Below the pieces are notes generated by a model. It was not told the origin of the DNA. It ran no database searches and saw nothing but the letters and a program-made list of their open reading frames with translations. This document shows positions 1-15,000 of a stretch of 64,000 nucleotides of DNA, piece by piece (the first letter of the stretch is position 1; every line of letters starts with the position of its first letter). The stretch is from Eledone cirrhosa (taxonomy: Eukaryota). The position numbers and the translations under genes were made by a program. The DNA lies in assembly GCA_964016885.1 (NCBI GenBank), contig OZ024742.1, positions 360,778,001-360,842,000 of the forward strand, given 5' to 3'.

Positions 1-3000
1 GGTATAGTAGAGACTGTTATAGTAGAGACTGTTATAGTAGAGAGTGTTATAGTAGAGACTGTTATAGCAGTGACTGTTATAGTAGAGACTGTTATAGTAG
101 AGACTGTTTTAGTAGTGACTGTTATAGTAGAGACTGTTATAGTAGTGACTGTTATAGTAGAGACTGTTATAGTAGTGACTGGTATAGTAGTGACTGTTAT
201 AGTATTGACTGGTATAGTAGAGACTGTTATAGTAGTGACTGTTATAGTAGTGACTGTTATGGTAGAGACTGTTATAGTAGAGACTGGTATAGTAGTGACT
301 GGTATAGTAGAGACTGGTATAATAGTGACTGTTATAGTAGTGACTGTTATAGTAGAGACTGTTATAGTAGAGACTGTTATAGTAGTGACTGTTATAGTAG
401 AGACTGTTATAGTAGAGACTGGTATAGTAGTGACTGTTATAGTAGAGACTGGTATAATTGTGACTGTTATAGTAGAGACTGGTATAATAGTGACTGTTAT
501 AATAGTGACTGTTATAGTAGAGACTGGTATAATAGTGACTGTTATAGTAGAGACTGGTATAATAGTGACTGTTATAGTAGAGACTGGTATAATAGTGACT
601 GTTATAGTAGTGACTGTTATAGTAGAGACTGTTATAGTAGTGACTGTTATAGAAGAGACTGGTATAGTAGAGACTGTTATAGTAGAGACTGTTATAGTAG
701 AGACTGGTACAGTAGAGACTGGTATAGTAGAGACTGTTATAGTAGAGACTGGTATAGTAGTGACTGTTATAGTAGAGACTGGTATAGTAGAGACTGTTAT
801 AGTAGTGACTGGTATAGTAGTGACTGTTATAGTAGAGACTGGTATAGTAGTGACTGTTATAGTAGAGACTGTTATAGTAGAGACTGTTATAGTAGTGACT
901 GTTATAGTAGAGACTGTTATAGTAGTGACTGGTATAGTAGTGACTGTTATAGTAGAGACTGGTATAGTAGAGACTGTTATAGTAGTGACTGTTATAGTAG
1001 AGACTGTTATAGTAGTGACTGTTATAGAAGAGACTGGTATAGTAGAGACTGTTATAGTAGAGACTGTTATAGTAGAGACTGGTACAGTAGAGACTGGTAT
1101 AGTAGAGACTGTTATAGTAGTGACTGGTATAGTAGTGACTGTTATAGTAGAGACTGGTATAGTAGTGACTGTTATAGTAGAGACTGTTATAGTAGAGACT
1201 GTTATAGTAGTGACTGTTATAGTAGAGACTGTTATAGTAGTGACTGGTATAGTAGTGACTGTTATAGTAGAGACTGTTATAGTAGAGACTGGTATAGTAG
1301 AGACTGTTATAGTAGTGACTGTTATAGCAGAGACTGTTATATTAGAGACTGTTATAGTAGTGACTGTTATAGTAGTGTCTGTTATAGTAGAGACTGGTAT
1401 AGTAGTGACTGTTATAGTAGTGACTGTTATAGTAGTGACTGTTATAGTAGAGACTGTTATAGTAGTGACTGTTATAGTAGAGACTTATAGTAGAGACTGG
1501 TATAGTAGTGACTGTTATAGTAGAAAGTGGTATAGTAGTGACTGTTATAGTAGTGAATGTTATAGTAGTGACTGTTATAGTAGTGACTGGTATAGTAGTG
1601 ACTGTTATAGTAGAGACTGTTATAGTAGAGACTGGTATAGTAGAGACTGTTATAGTAGAGACCGGTATAGTAGTGACTGGTATAGTAGTGACTGTTATAG
1701 TAGAGACTGTTATAGTAGAGACAGTTATAGTAGTGACTCTTATAGTAGAGACTGGTATAGTAGTGACTGTTATAGTAGTGACTGTTATAGTAGACTTATA
1801 GTAGAGACTGGTATAGTAGAGACTGTTATAGTAGAGACTGTTATAGTAGTGACTGGTATAGTAGAGACTGTTATAGTAGAGACTGTTATAGTAGAGAGTG
1901 TTATAGTAGAGACTGGTATAGTAGAGACTGTTATAGTAGAGACTGTTATAGTAGTGACTGGTATAGTAGTGACTGTTATAGTAGTGACTGGTATAGTAGT
2001 GACTGTTATAGTAGTGACTGGTATAGTAGTGACTGTTATAGTAGTGACTGTTATAGCAGTGACTGTTATAGTAGAGACTGTTATAGTAGAGACTGTTATA
2101 GTAGAGACTGTTATAGTAGAGACTGGTATAGTAGAGACTGTTATAGTAGAGACTGTTATAGTAGTGACTGGTATAGTAGAGACTGTTATAGTAGAGACTG
2201 TTATAGTAGAGAGTGTTATAGTAGAGACTGTTATAGCAGTGACTGTTATAGTAGAGACTGTTATAGTAGAGACTGTTTTAGTAGTGACTGTTATAGTAGA
2301 GACTGTTATAGTAGTGACTGTTATAGTAGAGACTGTTATAGTAGTGACTGGTATAGTAGTGACTGTTATAGTATTGACTGGTATAGTAGAGACTGTTATA
2401 GTAGTGACTGTTATAGTAGTGACTGTTATAGTAGAGACTGTTATAGTAGAGACTGTTATAGTAGTGACTGGTATAGTAGTGACTGTTATAGTAGAGACTG
2501 TTATAGTGGTAACTGGTATAGTAGAGACTGTTATAGTAGAGACTGTTATAGTAGTGACTGTTATAGTAGAGACTGTTATAGTAGAGACTGTTATAGTAGT
2601 GACTGTTATAGTAGTGACTGGTATAGTAGAGACTGGTATAGTAGAGACTGTTATAGTAGAGACTGTTATAGGAGTGACTGTTATAGTAGAGACTGTTATA
2701 GTAGAGACTGTTATAGTAGTGACTGTTATAGTAGTGACTGGTATAGTAGTGACTGGTATAGTAGAGACTGTTATAGTAGAGACTGTTATAGTAGAGACTG
2801 TTATAGTAGAGACTGGAATAGTAGTGACTGTTATAGTAGAGACTGTTATAGTAGAGACTGGTATAGTAGAGACTGTTATAGTAGAGACTGTTATAGTAGA
2901 GACTGGTATAGTAGAGACTGTTATAGTAGTGACTGTTATAGTAGAGACTGTTATAGTAGAGACTGTTATAGTAGTGACTGGTATAGTAGTGACTGTCATA

Positions 3001-6000
3001 GTAGAGACTGGTATAGTAGAGACTGGTATAGTAGTGACTGTTATAGTAGAGACTGTTATAGTAGTGACTGGTATAGTAGTGACTGTTATAGTAGTGACTG
3101 GTATAGTAGTGACTGTTATAGTAGTGACTGGTATAGTAGTGACTGTTATAGTAGTGACTGTTATAGCAGTGACTGTTATAGTAGAGACTGTTATAGTAGA
3201 GACTGTTATAGTAGAGACTGTTATAGTAGAGACTGGTATAGTAGAGACTGTTATAGTAGAGACTGTTATAGTAGTGACTGGTATAGTAGAGACTGTTATA
3301 GTAGAGACTGTTATAGTAGAGAGTGTTATAGTAGAGACTGTTATAGCAGTGACTGTTATAGTAGAGACTGTTATAGTAGAGACTGTTTTAGTAGTGACTG
3401 TTATAGTAGAGACTGTTATAGTAGTGACTGTTATAGTAGAGACTGTTATAGTAGTGACTGGTATAGTAGTGACTGTTATAGTATTGACTGGTATAGTAGA
3501 GACTGTTATAGTAGTGACTGTTATAGTAGTGACTGTTATAGTAGAGACTGTTATAGTAGAGACTGTTATAGTAGTGACTGGTATAGTAGTGACTGTTATA
3601 GTAGAGACTGTTATAGTGGTAACTGGTATAGTAGAGACTGTTATAGTAGAGACTGTTATAGTAGTGACTGTTATAGTAGAGACTGTTATAGTAGAGACTG
3701 TTATAGTAGTGACTGTTATAGTAGTGACTGGTATAGTAGAGACTGGTATAGTAGAGACTGTTATAGTAGAGACTGTTATAGGAGTGACTGTTATAGTAGA
3801 GACTGTTATAGTAGAGACTGTTATAGTAGTGACTGTTATAGTAGTGACTGGTATAGTAGTGACTGGTATAGTAGAGACTGTTATAGTAGAGACTGTTATA
3901 GTAGAGACTGTTATAGTAGAGACTGGAATAGTAGTGACTGTTATAGTAGAGACTGTTATAGTAGAGACTGGTATAGTAGAGACTGTTATAGTAGAGACTG
4001 TTATAGTAGAGACTGGTATAGTAGAGACTGTTATAGTAGTGACTGTTATAGTAGAGACTGTTATAGTAGAGACTGTTATAGTAGTGACTGGTATAGTAGT
4101 GACTGTCATAGTAGAGACTGGTATAGTAGAGACTGGTATAGTAGTGACTTGTATAGTAGAGACTGGTATAGTAGTGACTGGTATAGTAGTGACTGTTATA
4201 GTAGAGACTGTTATAGTAGAGACTGGTATAGTAGAGACTGTTATAGTACAGACTTATAGTAGAGACTGGTATAGTAGTGACTGTTATAGTAGAGACTGTT
4301 ATAGTAGAGACTGGTATAGTAGAGACTGGTACAGTAGGGACTGGTATAGTAGAGACTGTTATAGTAGAGACTGGTATAGTAGAGACTGGTATAGTAGAGA
4401 CTGTTATAGTAGAGACTGGTATAGTAGAGACTGGTATAGTAGTGACTGGTATAGTAGAGACTGTTATAGTAGAGACTGTTATAGTAGAGACTGTTATAGT
4501 AGAGACTGTTATAGTAGTGACTGTTATAGTAGAGACTGTTATAGTAGTGACTGTTATAGTAGTGACTGTTATAGTAGAGACCGTTATAGTAGTGACTGTT
4601 ATGGTAGAGACTGTTATAGTAGAGACTGGTATAGTAGTGACTGGTATAGTAGAGACTGGTATAATAGTGACTGTTATAGTAGTGACTGTTATAGTAGAGA
4701 CTGTTATAGTAGAGACTGTTATAGTAGTGACTGTTATAGTAGAGACTGTTATAGTAGAGACTGGTATAGTAGTGACTGTTATAGTAGAGACTGGTATAAT
4801 TGTGACTGTTATAGTAGAGACTGGTATAATAGTGACTGTTATAATAGTGACTGTTATAGTAGAGACTGGTATAATAGTGACTGTTATAGTAGAGACTGGT
4901 ATAATAGTGACTGTTATAGTAGAGACTGGTATAATAGTGACTGTTATAGTAGTGACTGTTATAGTAGAGACTGTTATAGTAGTGACTGTTATAGAAGAGA
5001 CTGGTATAGTAGAGACTGTTATAGTAGAGACTGTTATAGTAGAGACTGGTACAGTAGAGACTGGTATAGTAGAGACTGTTATAGTAGAGACTGGTATAGT
5101 AGTGACTGTTATAGTAGAGACTGGTATAGTAGAGACTGTTATAGTAGTGACTGGTATAGTAGTGACTGTTATAGTAGAGACTGGTATAGTAGTGACTGTT
5201 ATAGTAGAGACTGTTATAGTAGAGACTGTTATAGTAGTGACTGTTATAGTAGAGACTGTTATAGTAGTGACTGGTATAGTAGTGACTGTTATAGTAGAGA
5301 CTGGTATAGTAGAGACTGTTATAGTAGTGACTGAGATAGTAGAGACTGTTATAGTAGTGACTGTTATAGAAGAGACTGGTATAGTAGAGACTGTTATAGT
5401 AGAGACTGTTATAGTAGAGACTGGTACAGTAGAGACTGGTATAGTAGAGACTGTTATAGTAGTGACTGGTATAGTAGTGACTGTTATAGTAGAGACTGGT
5501 ATAGTAGTGACTGTTATAGTAGAGACTGTTATAGTAGAGACTGTTATAGTAGTGACTGTTATAGTAGAGACTGTTATAGTAGTGACTGGTATAGTAGTGA
5601 CTGTTATAGTAGAGACTGTTATAGTAGAGACTGGTATAGTAGAGACTGTTATAGTAGTGACTGTTATAGCAGAGACTGTTATATTAGAGACTGTTATAGT
5701 AGTGACTGTTATAGTAGTGTCTGTTATAGTAGAGACTGGTATAGTAGTGACTGTTATAGTAGTGACTGTTATAGTAGTGACTGTTATAGTAGAGACTGTT
5801 ATAGTAGTGACTGTTATAGTAGAGACTTATAGTAGAGACTGGTATAGTAGTGACTGTTATAGTAGAAAGTGGTATAGTAGTGACTGTTATAGTAGTGAAT
5901 GTTATAGTAGTGACTGTTATAGTAGTGACTGGTATAGTAGTGACTGTTATAGTAGAGACTGTTATAGTAGAGACTGGTATAGTAGAGACTGTTATAGTAG

Positions 6001-9000
6001 AGACCGGTATAGTAGTGACTGGTATAGTAGTGACTGTTATAGTAGAGACTGTTATAGTAGAGACAGTTATAGTAGTGACTCTTATAGTAGAGACTGGTAT
6101 AGTAGTGACTGTTATAGTAGTGACTGTTATAGTAGACTTATAGTAGAGACTGGTATAGTAGAGACTGTTATAGTAGAGACTGTTATAGTAGTGACTGGTA
6201 TAGTAGAGACTGTTATAGTAGAGACTGTTATAGTAGAGAGTGTTATAGTAGAGACTGGTATAGTAGAGACTGTTATAGTAGAGACTGTTATAGTAGTGAC
6301 TGGTATAGTAGTGACTGTTATAGTAGTGACTGGTATAGTAGTGACTGTTATAGTAGTGACTGGTATAGTAGTGACTGTTATAGTAGTGACTGTTATAGCA
6401 GTGACTGTTATAGTAGAGACTGTTATAGTAGAGACTGTTATAGTAGAGACTGTTATAGTAGAGACTGGTATAGTAGAGACTGTTATAGTAGAGACTGTTA
6501 TAGTAGTGACTGGTATAGTAGAGACTGTTATAGTAGAGACTGTTATAGTAGAGAGTGTTATAGTAGAGACTGTTATAGCAGTGACTGTTATAGTAGAGAC
6601 TGTTATAGTAGAGACTGTTTTAGTAGTGACTGTTATAGTAGAGACTGTTATAGTAGTGACTGTTATAGTAGAGACTGTTATAGTAGTGACTGGTATAGTA
6701 GTGACTGTTATAGTATTGACTGGTATAGTAGTGACTGTTATAGTAGTGACTGTTATAGCAGTGACTGTTATAGTAGAGACTGTTATAGTAGAGACTGGTA
6801 TAGTAGAGACTGTTATAGTAGTGACTGTTATAGTAGAGACTGTTATAGTAGTGACTGGTATAGTAGAGACTGTTATAGTAGTGACTGGTATAGTAGTGAC
6901 TGTTATAGTAGTGACTGTTATAGTAGTGACTGTTATAGTAGAGACTGTTATAGTAGAGACTGTTATAGTAGAGACTGTTATAGTAGAGACTGGTATAGTA
7001 GAGACTGGTATAGTAGAGACTGTTATAGTACAGACTTATAGTAGAGACTGGTATAGTAGTGACTGTTATAGTAGAGACTGGTATAGTAGAGACTGGTACA
7101 GTAGGGACTGGTATAGTAGAGACTGTTATAGTAGAGACTGGTATAGTAGAGACTGGTATAGTAGAGACTGTTATAGTAGAGACTGGTATAGTAGAGACTG
7201 GTATAGTAGTGACTGGTATAGTAGAGACTGTTATAGTAGAGACTGGTATAGTAGAGACTGTTATAGTAGTGACTGTTATAGTAGAGACTGTTATAGTAGA
7301 GACTGTTATAGTAGAGACTGTTATAGTAGTGACTGTTATAGTAGAGACTGTTATAGTAGTGACTGTTATAGTAGTGACTGTTATAGTAGAGACCGTTATA
7401 GTAGTGACTGTTATAGTAGAGACTGTTATAGTAGAGACTGGTATAGTAGAGACTGGTATAATATTGACTGTTATAGTAGTGACTGTTATAGTAGAGACTG
7501 TTATAGTAGTGACTGTTATAGTAGAGACTGTTATACTAGAGACTGGTATAGTAGTGACTGTTATAGTAGAGACTGGTATAATTGTGACTGTTATAGTAGA
7601 GACTGGTATAATAGTGACTGTTATAATAGTGACTGTTATAGTAGAGACTGGTATAATAGTGACTGTTATAGTAGAGACTGGTATAATAGTGACTGTTATA
7701 GTAGAGACTGGTATAATAGTGACTGTTATAGTAGTGACTGTTATAGTAGAGACTGTTATAGTAGTGACTGTTATAGTAGAGACTGGTATAGTAGAGACTG
7801 TTATAGTAGAGACTGGTATAGTAGAGACTGTTATAGTAGAGACTGGTATAGTAGTGACTGTTATAGTAGAGACTGGTATAGTAGAGACTGTTATAGTAGT
7901 GACTGGTATAGTAGTGACTGTTATAGTAGAGACTGGTATAGTAGTGACTGTTATAGTAGAGACTGTTATAGTAGAGACTGTTATAGTAGTGACTGTTATA
8001 GTAGAGACTGTTATAGTAGTGACTGGTATAGTAGTGACTGTTATAGTAGAGACTGTTATAGTAGAGACTGGTATAGTAGAGACTGTTATAGTAGTGACTG
8101 TTATAGTAGAGACTGTTATAGTAGAGACTGTTATAGTAGTGACTGTTATAGTAGTGACTGTTATAGTAGTGACTGTTATAGTAGAGACTGGTATAGTAGT
8201 GACTGTTATAGTAGTGACTGTTATAGTAGTGACTGTTATAGTAGAGACTGTTATAGTAGTGACTGTTATAGTAGAGACTTATAGTAGAGACTGGTATAGT
8301 AGAAAGTGGTATAGTAGTGACTGTTATAGTAGTGAATGTTATAGTAGTGACTGTTATAGTAGTGACTGGTATAGTAGTGACTGTTATAGTAGAGACTGTT
8401 ATAGTAGAGACTGGTATAGTAGAGACTGTTATAGTAGAGACCGGTATAGTAGTGACTGGTATAGTAGTGACTGTTATAGTAGAGACTGTTATAGTAGAGA
8501 CTGGTATAGTAGAGACAGTTATAGTAGTGACTCTTATAGTAGAGACTGGTATAGTAGTGACTGTTATAGTAGTGACTGTTATAGTAGAGACTGTTATAGT
8601 AGAGACTGGTATAGTAGAGACTGTTATAGTAGAGACTGTTATAGTAGTGACTGGTATAGTAGAGACTGTTATAGTAGAGACTGTTATAGTAGAGAGTGTT
8701 ATAGTAGAGACTGGTATAGTAGAGACTGTTATAGTAGAGACTGTTATAGTAGTGACTGGTATAGTAGTGACTGGTATAGTAGTGACTGTTATAGTAGTGA
8801 CTGTTATAGCAGTGACTGTTATAGTAGTGACTGTTATAGTAGAGACTGTTATAGTAGTGACTGGTATAGTAGTGACTGTTATAGTAGTGACTGTTTTAGT
8901 AGTGACTGTTATAGTAGAGACTGTTATAGTAGTGACTGTTATAGTAGAGACTTATAGTAGAGACTGGTATAGTAGTGACTGTTATAGTAGAAAGTGGTAT

Positions 9001-12000
9001 AGTAGTGACTGTTATAGTAGTGACTGTTATAGTAGTGACTGGTATAGTAGTGACTGTTATAGTAGAGACTGTTATAGTAGAGACTGGTATAGTAGAGACT
9101 GTTATAGTAGAGACCGGTATAGTAGTGACTGGTATAGTAGTGACTGTTATAGTAGAGACTGTTATAGTAGAGACTGGTATAGTAGAGACAGTTATAGTAG
9201 TGACTCTTATAGTAGAGACTGGTATAGTAGTGACTGTTATAGTAGTGACTGTTATAGTAGAGACTGTTATAGTAGAGACTGGTATAGTAGAGACTGTTAT
9301 AGTAGAGACTGTTATAGTAGTGACTGGTATAGTAGAGACTGTTATAGTAGAGACTGTTATAGTAGAGAGTGTTATAGTAGAGACTGGTATAGTAGAGACT
9401 GTTATAGTAGAGACTGTTATAGTAGTGACTGGTATAGTAGTGACTGTTATAGTAGTGACTGGTATAGTAGTGACTGTTATAGTAGTGACTGTTATAGCAG
9501 TGACTGTTATAGTAGAGACTGTTATAGTAGAGACTGGTATAGTAGAGACTGTTATAGCAGTGACTGTTATAGTAGAGACTGTTATAGTAGAGACTGTTTT
9601 AGTAGTGACTGTTATAGTAGAGACTGTTATAGTAGTGACTGTTATAGTAGAGACTGTTATAGTAGTGACTGGTATAGTAGTGACTGTTATAGTATTGACT
9701 GGTATAGTAGTGACTGTTATAGTAGTGACTGTTATAGCAGTGACTGTTATAGTAGAGACTGTTATAGTAGAGACTGGTATAGTAGAGACTGTTATAGTAG
9801 TGACTGTTATAGTAGAGACTGTTATAGTAGTGACTGGTATAGTAGAGACTGTTATAGTAGTGACTGGTATAGTAGTGACTGTTATAGTAGTGACTGTTAT
9901 AGTAGTGACTGTTATAGTAGAGACTGTTATAGTAGAGACTGTTATAGTAGAGACTGTTATAGTAGAGACTGGTATAGTAGAGACTGGTATAGTAGAGACT
10001 GTTATAGTACAGACTTATAGTAGAGACTGGTATAGTAGTGACTGTTATAGTAGAGACTGTTATAGTAGAGACTGGTATAGTAGAGACTGGTACAGTAGGG
10101 ACTGGTATAGTAGAGACTGTTATAGTAGAGACTGGTATAGTAGAGACTGGTATAGTAGAGACTGTTATAGTAGAGACTGGTATAGTAGAGACTGGTATAG
10201 TAGTGACTGGTATAGTAGAGACTGTTATAGTAGAGACTGGTATAGTAGAGACTGTTATAGTAGTGACTGTTATAGTAGAGACTGTTATAGTAGAGACTGT
10301 TATAGTAGAGACTGTTATAGTAGTGACTGTTATAGTAGAGACTGTTATAGTAGTGACTGTTATAGTAGTGACTGTTATAGTAGAGACCGTTATAGTAGTG
10401 ACTGTTATAGTAGAGACTGTTATAGTAGAGACTGGTATAGTAGTGACTGGTATAGTAGAGACTGGTATAATAGTGACTGTTATAGTAGTGACTGTTATAG
10501 TAGAGACTGTTATAGTAGAGACTGTTATAGTAGTGACTGTTATAGTAGAGACTGGTATAGTAGTGACTGTTATAGTAGAGACTGGTATAATTGTGACTGT
10601 TATAGTAGAGACTGGTATAATAGTGACTGTTATAATAGTGACTGTTATAGTAGAGACTGGTATAATAGTGACTGTTATAGTAGAGACTGGTATAATAGTG
10701 ACTGTTATAGTAGAGACTGGTATAATAGTGACTGTTATAGTAGTGACTGTTATAGTAGAGACTGTTATAGTAGTGACTGTTATAGTAGAGACTGGTATAG
10801 TAGAGACTGTTATAGTAGAGACTGTTATAGTAGAGACTGGTACAGTAGAGACTGGTATAGTAGAGACTGTTATAGTAGAGACTGGTATAGTAGTGACTGT
10901 TATAGTAGAGACTGGTATAATAGAGACTGTTATAGTAGTGACTGGTATAGTAGTGACTGTTATAGTAGAGACTGGTATAGTAGTGACTGTTATAGTAGAG
11001 ACTGTTATAGTAGAGACTGTTATAGTAGTGACTGTTATAGTAGAGACTGTTATAGTAGTGACTGGTATAGTAGTGACTGTTATAGTAGAGACTGTTATAG
11101 TAGAGACTGGTATAGTAGAGACTGTTATAGTAGTGACTGTTATAGTAGAGACTGTTATAGTAGAGACTGTTATAGTAGTGACTGTTATAGTAGTGACTGT
11201 TATAGTAGTGACTGTTATAGTAGTGACTGTTATAGTAGAGACTGGTATAGTAGTGACTGTTATAGTAGTGACTGTTATAGTAGTGACTGTTATAGTAGAG
11301 ACTGTTATAGTAGTGACTGTTATAGTAGAGACTTATAGTAGAGACTGGTATAGTAGTGACTGTTATAGTAGAAAGTGGTATAGTAGTGACTGTTATAGTA
11401 GTGAATGTTATAGTAGTGACTGTTATAGTAGTGACTGGTATAGTAGTGACTGGTATAGTAGTGACTGTTATAGTAGAGACTGGTATAGTAGAGACTGTTA
11501 TAGTAGAGACCGGTATAGTAGTGACTGGTATAGTAGTGACTGTTATAGTAGCGACTGTTATAGTAGAGACTGGTATAGTAGAGACAGTTATAGTAGTGAC
11601 TCTTATAGTAGAGACTGGTATAGTAGTGACTGTTATAGTAGTGACTGTTATAGTAGAGACTGTTATAGTAGAGACTGGTATAGTAGAGACTGTTATAGTA
11701 GTGACTGGTATAGTAGAGACTGTTATAGTAGAGACTGTTATAGTAGTGACTGGTATAGTAGAGACTGTTATAGTAGAGACTGTTATAGTAGAGAGTGTTA
11801 TAGTAGAGACTGGTATAGTAGAGACTGTTATAGTAGTGACTGGTATAGTAGTGACTGTTATAGTAGTGACTAGTATAGTAGTGACTGTTATAGTAGTGAC
11901 TGTTATAGCAGTGACTGTTATAGTAGAGACTGTTATAGTAGAGACTGGTATAGTAGAGACTGTTATAGCAGTGACTGTTATAGTAGAGACTGTTATAGTA

Positions 12001-15000
12001 GAGACTGTTTTAGTAGTGACTGTTATAGTAGAGACTGTTATAGTAGTGACTGTTATAGTAGAGACTGTTATAGTAGTGACTGGTATAGTAGTGACTGTTA
12101 TAGTATTGACTGGTATAGTAGTGACTGTTATAGTAGTGACTGTTATAGTAGAGACTATTATAGTAGAGACTGGTATAGTAGAGACTGTTATAGTAGTGAC
12201 TGTTATAGTAGAGACTGTTATAGTAGTGACTGGTATAGTAGAGACTGTTATAGTAGTGACTGGTATAGTAGTGACTGTTATAGTAGTGACTGTTATAGTA
12301 GTGACTGTTATAGTAGAGACTGTTATAGTAGAGACTGTTATAGTAGAGACTGTTATAGTAGAGACTGGTATAGTAGAGACTGGTATAGTAGAGACTGTTA
12401 TGGTAGTGACTGTTATAGTAGTGACTGGTATAGTAGAGACTGTTATAGTAGAGACTGGTATAATAGTGACTGTTATAATAGTGACTGTTATAATAGTGAC
12501 TGTTATAGTAGAGACTGGTATAATAGTGACTGTTATAGTAGAGACTGGTATAATAGTGACTGTTATAGTAGAGACTGTTATAGTAGAGACTGGTATAATA
12601 GTGACTGTTATAGTAGAGACTGTTATAGTAGAGACTGTTATAGTAGAGACTGGTATAGTAGTGACTGGTATAGTAGAGACTGGTATAGTAGAGACTGGTA
12701 TAGTAGAGACTGGTATAGTAGAGACTGTTATAGTAGAGACTGTTATAGTAGTGACTGTTATAGTAGAGACTGGTATAGTAGAGACTGGTATAGTAGAGAC
12801 TGGTATAGTAGAGACTGGTATAGTAGTGACTTTTATAGTAGAGACTGTTATAGTAGTGACTGGTATAGTAGAGACTGTTATAGTAGTGACTGTTATAGCA
12901 GAGACTGGTATAGTAGAGACTGTTATAGCAGTGACTGTTATAGTAGTGACTGTTATAGTAGAGACTGGTATAGTGGAGACTGGTATAGTAGAGACTGGTA
13001 TAGTAGAGACTGTTATAGTAGAGACTGTTATAGTAGTGACTGTTATAGTAGTGACTGTTATAGTAGAGACTGGTATAGTAGAGACTGGTATAGTAGTGAC
13101 TGGTATAGTAGAGACTGTTATAGTAGAGACTGGTATAGTAGAGACTGTTATAGTAGAGACTGTTATTGTAGTGACTGTTATAGTAGAGACTGTTATAGTA
13201 GAGACTGGTATAGTAGAGAGTGGTATAGTAGAGACTGTTATAGTAGAGACTAGTATAGTAGAGACTGGTATAGTAGTGACTGTTATAGTAGAGACTGTTA
13301 TAGTAGAGACTGTTATAGTGGTGACTGGTATAGTAGACTGTTATAGTAGTGACTGTTATAGTAGAGACTGGTATAGTAGATACTGTTATAGCAGTGACTG
13401 GTATAGTAGAGACTGTTATAGTAGAGACTGTTATCGTAGAGACTGTTATCGTAGAGACTGTTATAGTAGTGACTGGTATAGTAGTGACTGGTATAGTAGA
13501 GACTGGTATAGTAGTGACTGTTATAGTAGTGACTGTTATAGTAGTGACTGTTATAGTAGAGACTGGTATAGTAGAGACTGGTATAGTAGTGACTGGTATA
13601 GTAGAGACTGTTATAGTAGAGACTGGTATAGTAGAGACTGTTATAGTAGTGACTGTTATAGTAGAGACTGTTATAGTAGAGACTGTTATAGTAGAGACTG
13701 TTATAGTAGTGACTGTTATAGTAGAGACTGTTATAGTAGTGACTGTTATAGTAGTGACTGTTATAGTAGAGACTGTTATAGTAGTGACTGTTATAGTAGA
13801 GACTGTTATAGTAGAGACTGGTATAGTAGTGACTGGTATAGTAGAGACTGGTATAATAGTGACTGTTATAGTAGTGACTGTTATAGTAGAGACTGTTATA
13901 GTAGAGACTGTTATAGTAGAGACTGTTATAGTAGTGACTGTTATAGTAGAGACTGTTATAGTAGAGACTGGTATAGTAGTGACTGTTATAGTAGAGACTG
14001 GTATAATTGTGACTGTTATAGTAGAGACTGGTATAATAGTGACTGTTATAATAGTGACTGTTATAGTAGAGACTGTTATAATAGTGACTGTTATAGTAGA
14101 GACTGGTATAATAGTGACTGTTATAGTAGAGACTGGTATAATAGTGACTGTTATAGTAGAGACTGGTATAATAGTGACTGTTATAGTAGTGACTGTTATA
14201 GTAGAGACTGTTATAGTAGTGACTGTTATAGTAGAGACTGGTATAGTAGAGACTGTTATAGTAGAGACTGTTATAGTAGAGACTGGTACAGTAGAGACTG
14301 GTATAGTAGAGACTGTTATAGTAGAGACTGGTATAGTAGTGACTGTTATAGTAGAGACTGGTATAGTAGAGACTGTTATAGTAGTGACTGGTATAGTAGT
14401 GACTGGTATAGTAGTGACTGTTATAGTAGAGACTGGTATAGTAGTGACTGTTATAGTAGAGACTGTTATAGTAGAGACTGTTATAGTAGTGACTGTTATA
14501 GTAGAGACTGTTATAGTAGTGACTGGTATAGTAGTGACTGTTATAGTAGAGACTGTTATAGTAGAGACTGGTATATTAGAGACTGTTATAGTAGTGACTG
14601 TTATAGTAGAGACTGGTATAGTAGTGACTGGTATAGTAGTGACTGTTATAGTAGAGACTATTATAGTAGAGACTGTTATAGTAGTGACTGTTATAGTAGT
14701 GACTGTTATAGTAGTGACTGTTATAGTAGTGACTGTTATAGTAGAGACTGGTATAGTAGTGACTGTTATAGTAGTGACTGTTATAGTAGAGACTGTTATA
14801 GTAGTGACTGTTATAGTAGAGACTTATAGTAGAGACTGGTATAGTAGTGACTGTTATAGTAGAAAGTGGTATAGTAGTGACTGTTATAGTAGTGACTGTT
14901 ATAGTAGTGACTGGTATAGTAGTGACTGTTATAGTAGAGACTGTTATAGTAGAGACTGGTATAGTAGAGACTGTTATAGTAGAGACTGGTATAGTAGTGA

